64,000 nucleotides of DNA. It comes from an uncultured Pseudomonadales bacterium (GTDB lineage Bacteria > Patescibacteriota > Microgenomatia > UBA1400 > CAYXSR01). Below the pieces are notes generated by a model, which made no database searches, was not told where the DNA came from, and was given only the letters and a program-made list of their open reading frames with translations. The translations under genes were made by a program, and so were the position numbers. Shown piece by piece: positions 59,809 through 64,000 of the stretch (its first letter is position 1; every line of letters starts with the position of its first letter). The stretch covers positions 318,987 through 382,986 of the forward strand of contig CAYSEI010000001.1 of NCBI GenBank assembly GCA_964430265.1, given 5' to 3'.

Positions 59809-60231
59809 CTATTCCTTAATAAATTGCTCATATATCTGGTATGCAAATTTCTCTAAATCATTCACATCTTCTTTGTAGTCATAAAAAACTCTGTTAAAGT
59901 CAATTTCTTGATATCCATGCACAATAATATTTCTAAAACTACATGCCAAAGCTAGGTTATTAGCAGTTTCTTCTTTGATAAACCCCTTTCTCCCAAGCAA
60001 AATAAATACATTTCTTGCTGTTTCCTGTCTAGGCAGATTATGACTAGCCAAAATATGTGTAGCTATATCTATTGCTGTTTCAACAGCCTGTTGCAAGCGG
60101 AAAGATAATAACTGTTGAGTATCAAGATCTTCAACTAACCCCTCTTCTGTAAAATTCATATCTTTAATCTGTTTAAGATAGTCTTTTAAAATGGCTAGCT
60201 TCTTTTTTAGAAGATCTTTATTTATTTTCAC
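59809..60231 (-). CDS. hepT: HepT-family (DUF86) RNase toxin; start probably GTG at 60229-60231
   Basis: C-terminal FRNIIVHGY matches the Rx4HxY HepT motif. SD AAAGGA 5 nt before the GTG. The track start is a TTG without an SD. Confidence 0.7.
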   Translation of the reverse strand: MKINKDLLKKKLAILKDYLKQIKDMNFTEEGLVEDLDTQQLLSFRLQQAVETAIDIATHILASHNLPRQETARNVFILLGRKGFIKEETANNLALACSFRNIIVHGYQEIDFNRVFYDYKEDVNDLEKFAYQIYEQFIKE

Positions 60232-60649
60232 AGTTGTCCTTTTCAAAAGATTTATCTAAATATTGAGAATAGATATCTCTTAAATGCTGCGTATCATAAT
60301 ATATGTGCATAATTTTTCCTTCGATCGTAGGTCTTAGCTCGGCAGTTTTTGAATAGATGCAATCACCGTTTTTAATGATTTCAAACAAAAATATCGGCGG
60401 GCTTTTATAGTCAATAATTGACAAATCTAATTCATAGGGTATTTTAATTTCTTTTATTAATTTTTTTACAAATTCTCTTTTAGAAAATTCATCCTTTTTA
60501 TTGACAAATATTGCTAGATCAAGATCACTATCTGCAACAGCATATTCTCCTGCTTGCGAACCAAATAAATATACGGCCAACACTTTTTTATTGGATTTAA
60601 ATATTTGATTTAACTGGTTTTGTAATTCTTCTATTAACTGATTTTTCAT
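60218..60649 (-). CDS. mntA: MntA-family minimal nucleotidyltransferase antitoxin
   Basis: LFGSQAGEYAVADSDLDLAIFV matches the GS...DxD nucleotidyltransferase motif. It overlaps hepT by 14-29 nt. Confidence 0.7.
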   Translation of the reverse strand: MKNQLIEELQNQLNQIFKSNKKVLAVYLFGSQAGEYAVADSDLDLAIFVNKKDEFSKREFVKKLIKEIKIPYELDLSIIDYKSPPIFLFEIIKNGDCIYSKTAELRPTIEGKIMHIYYDTQHLRDIYSQYLDKSFEKDNCENK

Positions 60650-60686
60650 AATTTATATTATATTAAATCTTGCCTAAATTTACTAT

Positions 60687-61580
60687 TTAATTAAAAGATT
60701 TTCCGTTTAAAAACTGGGCAATCTTAAATGCCAGCATAACACGCTTTGCTTTTGCTCGGGAATAGTTTTTATTACAAAACATTTCTAAACCTTTTTTGTA
60801 TTTATTTTTAAAAACAACTTTGTTTCTCTTCTGCAGGCTTTCCCCAGCAAGATGTATGATTTTAATTGATGCTACCAAATAGCGCTTAATACCCTTTTTG
60901 TGCAGCTGAAAGGAAAAGTCCATGTCTTCAAAAAAGAAATCAAAACGTTCGTCAAATATTTTTTCTTTTGTAACTACTTTTTTATCAATCAAGGCCTGTT
61001 TTTTGAAAAACAAACAAGCTCCGGGGATCTGCTCAATCTGCTGTGCCCAAATATTTTTGTCAATCTTAGAAAAGATCATGTTTTTAAAAAGAGGCAGTTT
61101 TACAAGTGTTTTTCTAAATATTACAGAGTGCCAGAGCAGGACATTTAAAAAATTAGGGAATTTCATATAGTAGTGGTTCTGGATTTTGTAGTCCGGATGC
61201 AAAAGCATTCCGCTGAAAGCTAAAATATCTAATTTTTCTTTAATAAAAGAATGTAGTTCTTCAAAAAAACCGTGTTTTAATAAAGTGTCTGAATTTAGAA
61301 CTAAGATGTATTTACCTTCACTTTGCTGATATCCTTTGTTTATGCTTTTAGCAAAACCAAGATTTTTATTGTTCTGTATAATTTTAAGATTTTTTCTTTC
61401 CTTGTTTACTTTATTGGATAAATATTTTTGCTTGACAGCATCAACTGTATTGTCCTTAGAAGCATCATCAACAAGAATTACTTCATAGTCGCCTTCTTTC
61501 TCCTGTTCAAAAATGGAGTCAAGACACTGAAGCGTAATTTCTTTGGTATTGTATGTGGGTACTATTATTGATAAGAGCAT
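60687..61580 (-). CDS. GT2 glycosyltransferase
   Basis: LSIIVPTYN...DDASKD is a GT-A N-terminus. Confidence 0.75.
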   Translation of the reverse strand: MLLSIIVPTYNTKEITLQCLDSIFEQEKEGDYEVILVDDASKDNTVDAVKQKYLSNKVNKERKNLKIIQNNKNLGFAKSINKGYQQSEGKYILVLNSDTLLKHGFFEELHSFIKEKLDILAFSGMLLHPDYKIQNHYYMKFPNFLNVLLWHSVIFRKTLVKLPLFKNMIFSKIDKNIWAQQIEQIPGACLFFKKQALIDKKVVTKEKIFDERFDFFFEDMDFSFQLHKKGIKRYLVASIKIIHLAGESLQKRNKVVFKNKYKKGLEMFCNKNYSRAKAKRVMLAFKIAQFLNGKSFN

Positions 61581-61689
61581 TATATGTATTTTAGCAGAAT
61601 GAGGTAAGAGAAGAAAATATCTGTATATAGGTAAACTATAGTCCGAATGGTACTTACACTAGCAGCTATGATTTTGACCAATGTCTTTC

Positions 61690-61723
61690 TTGACTTATTA
61701 TCTGACATCCGATATCATATATC
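61690..61723 (+). promoter_or_regulatory. vapB promoter (TTGACT-N17-TATCAT) overlapping the palindrome GATATcatATATC
   Basis: TTGACT at 61690-61695, TATCAT at 61713-61718. The inverted repeat at 61711-61723 overlaps the -10 element, consistent with autoregulation. Confidence 0.45.
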
Positions 61724-61746
61724 TGATATTAAGTTTACACACTAAA

Positions 61747-62013
61747 ATGAAAGCAACAATAAATATCCGTCCAAGAAGACAAGTTACTTTACCCAAAGAA
61801 ATCCTTGAAGAATTATCCCTTTCTGTCGGAGATAAAATTCAAATAGAAGTAAAAAACAATAAATTAATAGGTAAACCTATTATCGATTATACATTAGATA
61901 ATATTGAAACTATTCAAAACGTCCTCCAAGATGCTGATATTTCTGAAAAAGAACTTCAAGAAAGCGGGAAGAAAATACGCGAAAAACTTGTAAAAGAAAA
62001 ATATGAAAAGTAA
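61747..62013 (+). CDS. vapB: AbrB/MazE-fold antitoxin (VapB-like); start moved to ATG at 61747
   Basis: MKATINIRPRRQVTLPKEILEEL is a SpoVT/AbrB swapped-hairpin motif. The track N-terminus is a hydrophobic read-through of the promoter. Confidence 0.6.
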   Translation: MKATINIRPRRQVTLPKEILEELSLSVGDKIQIEVKNNKLIGKPIIDYTLDNIETIQNVLQDADISEKELQESGKKIREKLVKEKYEK

Positions 62014-62422
62014 TTTTTTTATTGATTCAAATGTTTGGTTTTCTGTTTTTTATTCAAAAGGAAACTGCTATAAATTAATAAAAAAGCTTTTAGAACACAA
62101 CAAAGAAATTGTAGTTTCAAAATTAGTGATTGAGGAGACATTTAGAAATATATATAAAAAAGTTCCTCAGGCACTCCCAGCACTTAATAATTTCTTTTGT
62201 TCTGCTCCGATCACAATATTAGAAAACCCAGAAAAAAAACAATTAAATAGTAATCTGAAATTGGCAGACAAAAAAGACTTGCCTATTATTTTATCTGCAA
62301 TAAATTACAATTGTGATTATTTAGTAACTAGAAATGTAAAAGATTTTAATTTAAAAAACATTAAGAATAAAATAAAAATATTAACACCACAACAAGCTTT
62401 ATCTTTAAGTTTTGAATCATAA
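62003..62422 (+). CDS. vapC: PIN-domain toxin (VapC-like)
   Basis: FFIDSNVWF N-terminal PIN acidic motif. It overlaps vapB by 11 nt. Confidence 0.65.
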   Translation: MKSNFFIDSNVWFSVFYSKGNCYKLIKKLLEHNKEIVVSKLVIEETFRNIYKKVPQALPALNNFFCSAPITILENPEKKQLNSNLKLADKKDLPIILSAINYNCDYLVTRNVKDFNLKNIKNKIKILTPQQALSLSFES

Positions 62423-62471
62423 ATCAACTTTTTCTCTTTTTTACACTTACAAACTTTCAATCTTGTAACAT

Positions 62472-62499
62472 ATATCTATATTTTTGACCGTATAGATAT
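62472..62499 (+). promoter_or_regulatory. 9-bp perfect inverted repeat ATATCTATA-N10-TATAGATAT upstream of the PP-loop gene
   Basis: Seen directly. TTGACC at 62484-62489 sits inside the spacer. A likely operator. Confidence 0.4.
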
Positions 62500-62519
62500 T
62501 TTTCTGTTAGACTAAATTT

Positions 62520-63380
62520 ATGATATTTAAACGCAATAAAATCAAGTTCAAAAATATTCAGCCCGAACAAAGAAAAAAATATCAAAGCTATTCTTTGGAC
62601 AAAAAAATATCTCTTGCAGAAAAAGTAATTAAAAAAGGGTTGAAAAGATTTAAAGCAAATAATTCTGCTGTTGCCTGGACAGGCGGAAAAGACTCTACTC
62701 TGCTTCTCTGGCTTGTAAATAAAGTTTGTGAAGAAGATAGACTTCAGCTGCCAAAAGTTATGTTTGTTGATGAAGGAGATGTGTTTGATGAGATATTAGA
62801 ATTTGTTCATAAAATCAAACAGGAGTGGAAGCTTGATTTTAATACAGCACATAATAAGGATGTATCTTCAAAAGCAAAAAAAATTGGGGACCTTGTAAAG
62901 GTTAAGGATTTAAATGATAGAAATAAAAAGGAGTTAAAAAGGCTTGGATTTGAAAAAAAGGAATTTCCTTACCTGCCTGAATCATTTGTTGGCAACCATT
63001 TAATGAAAACAGTTGCCACCAATATCTGGATTGAAAAAAATGCTATTAAAGCTTTATTTACCGGTGTGCGCTGGGATGAACAAGAAGCAAGAAGTGAAGA
63101 TGATTTTATCCGTAAAATGGATAATCCTACTCATTTCAGAGTTGAGCCAATACTTCATTTTTTTGAAAAAGATGTTTGGGAGGCAACGCATAAAAATAAA
63201 ATCCCCTATATTTCTTTGTATAAAGATGGCTACCGCTCTTTAGGAGCAAAATCAACCACAAAAAAAACAGGAGATAAACCTGCCTGGGAGCAGAATATGG
63301 AAGAAATAAAAGAGAGGGCTGGAAGACAGCAGGATAAAGAAAAGATCATGCAGCGCTTAAGAGAACTTGGATATATGTAA
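62520..63380 (+). CDS. PAPS-reductase-family PP-loop ATP pyrophosphatase-like protein (no catalytic Cys)
   Basis: SAVAWTGGKDSTLLLWLV (PP-loop), VMFVDEGDVF, GVRWDEQEARSED and LYKDGYRSLGA match the PAPS-reductase/CysD fold. The C-terminal ECG(L/I)H Cys is absent. Confidence 0.65.
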   Translation: MIFKRNKIKFKNIQPEQRKKYQSYSLDKKISLAEKVIKKGLKRFKANNSAVAWTGGKDSTLLLWLVNKVCEEDRLQLPKVMFVDEGDVFDEILEFVHKIKQEWKLDFNTAHNKDVSSKAKKIGDLVKVKDLNDRNKKELKRLGFEKKEFPYLPESFVGNHLMKTVATNIWIEKNAIKALFTGVRWDEQEARSEDDFIRKMDNPTHFRVEPILHFFEKDVWEATHKNKIPYISLYKDGYRSLGAKSTTKKTGDKPAWEQNMEEIKERAGRQQDKEKIMQRLRELGYM

Positions 63381-63432
63381 CTTTTTATTCAAAAACTTTT
63401 AAGTAATAAATGATTAATATATACTTATAGTC

Positions 63433-64000
63433 ATGAAAATACTTGTTACAGGAGCAATCGGTTTTATTGGTACACACCTTTGTAAAGAACTTTTAGATAA
63501 AGGCCATGAGGTTATTGGGATTGATATTATTAAAGGTAATGATTTTCATCCGTTAAGAAAGTTTAACTTCTCTTTTATTCCCGAAACTAATAATTTCAAG
63601 TTTTTTGATCTGAATATTTTAAACCAGGATCTTTTAGAAGAAGTAATAAAACAAGAACAGCCCGACTATATTATCCACACTGCAGCCAAAGCTGGTGTAA
63701 GAACAAGCATTAAATACCCGCTTTTGTATACCAAGACAAATGTTTTAGGTTCGCAAATTGTTTTAGATGCAGTAAGAAAATATTCACCAAAAACAAAACT
63801 CATCCTTTTTTCCACTTCATCCGTTTATGGAATCCAGGATAAAGCACCTTTTGAAGGAACAATGGAACCCAATCCCAGATCCCCCTACTCTACCACCAAA
63901 TATATTATGGAAGAGATTGCCAGGCAGTACAACCGGTTTTATAATTTACCAATTATAATTGTCCGGCCTTTTTCTATTTATGGACCATTAGGACGTCTTG
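63433..64000 (+). CDS. NAD-dependent sugar epimerase/dehydratase (partial, continues beyond window)
   Basis: MKILVTGAIGFIGTHLCKEL Rossmann GxxGxxG. The window ends before the YxxxK motif. It carries a ~35-aa insertion after the first beta-alpha unit. Confidence 0.7.
   Translation, partial: MKILVTGAIGFIGTHLCKELLDKGHEVIGIDIIKGNDFHPLRKFNFSFIPETNNFKFFDLNILNQDLLEEVIKQEQPDYIIHTAAKAGVRTSIKYPLLYTKTNVLGSQIVLDAVRKYSPKTKLILFSTSSVYGIQDKAPFEGTMEPNPRSPYSTTKYIMEEIARQYNRFYNLPIIIVRPFSIYGPLGRL

Noticed and set aside
1-64000. CRISPR arrays, transposases, integrases, prophage genes
   Set aside because: No regularly spaced repeats and no recombinase, transposase or phage structural motifs were seen. The tRNA is not flanked by an integrase or by direct repeats.

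Overview
This AT-rich, gene-dense 64-kb window is almost entirely coded on the minus strand. It looks like a small-genome bacterium, possibly Candidate Phyla Radiation/Patescibacteria; that assignment is inferred from composition, the DUF5667-like protein, the eukaryote-type IleRS and the number of glycosyltransferases. In minus-strand order the window holds five blocks:

- **Start of window:** a partial Wzy/O-antigen-ligase-like gene, two GT2 glycosyltransferases, a tRNA (probably Val-CAC), lepB on the plus strand, parB, rpmA-rplU, rodA, and a type-2 (eukaryote-like) ileS. The ileS gene is preceded by a T-box leader with a sigma70 promoter and a terminator.
- **Cell-wall/division block, 9.0-39.0 kb:** an extended dcw cluster, which I split into three parts.
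  - mraZ-rsmH-ftsL-ftsI-murE, then two GlmU-like nucleotidyltransferases and pgeF, then murC-murB-murA.
  - yvcK, a hydrolase, an unusual membrane-anchored murF, a DegT aminotransferase, a FemAB-like gene, a methyltransferase, then four genes of unknown function and an MFS transporter.
  - mraY-murI-murD-ftsW-murG-ftsQ-ftsA-ftsZ.
- **Around 39.2-39.9 kb:** a divergently transcribed plus-strand operon of three small acidic proteins, two of them paralogs, with its own strong promoter and ribosome-binding sites. It is wedged between the mraZ operator and a secreted protein and is the best candidate for a new system.
- **40.7-44.6 kb:** glyQS-recO and a 635-aa membrane-anchored unknown protein.
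- **44.6-61.6 kb:** a large envelope-glycan locus with an initiating phosphoglycosyltransferase, manC, eight GT2/GT4 genes, two GT-C membrane glycosyltransferases, a Wzy-like protein with a charged GC-rich insert, a Wzx flippase and an acetyltransferase. A HepT/MntA toxin-antitoxin pair is embedded in it.
- **End of window:** a VapBC pair, a cysteine-less PAPS-reductase-family PP-loop protein with a palindromic operator, and a partial NAD-dependent sugar epimerase.

I saw no CRISPR array, transposase or integrase. Several ORF-track starts are TTG/GTG artefacts, and I have moved them to internal ATG/GTG codons that have Shine-Dalgarno sequences.
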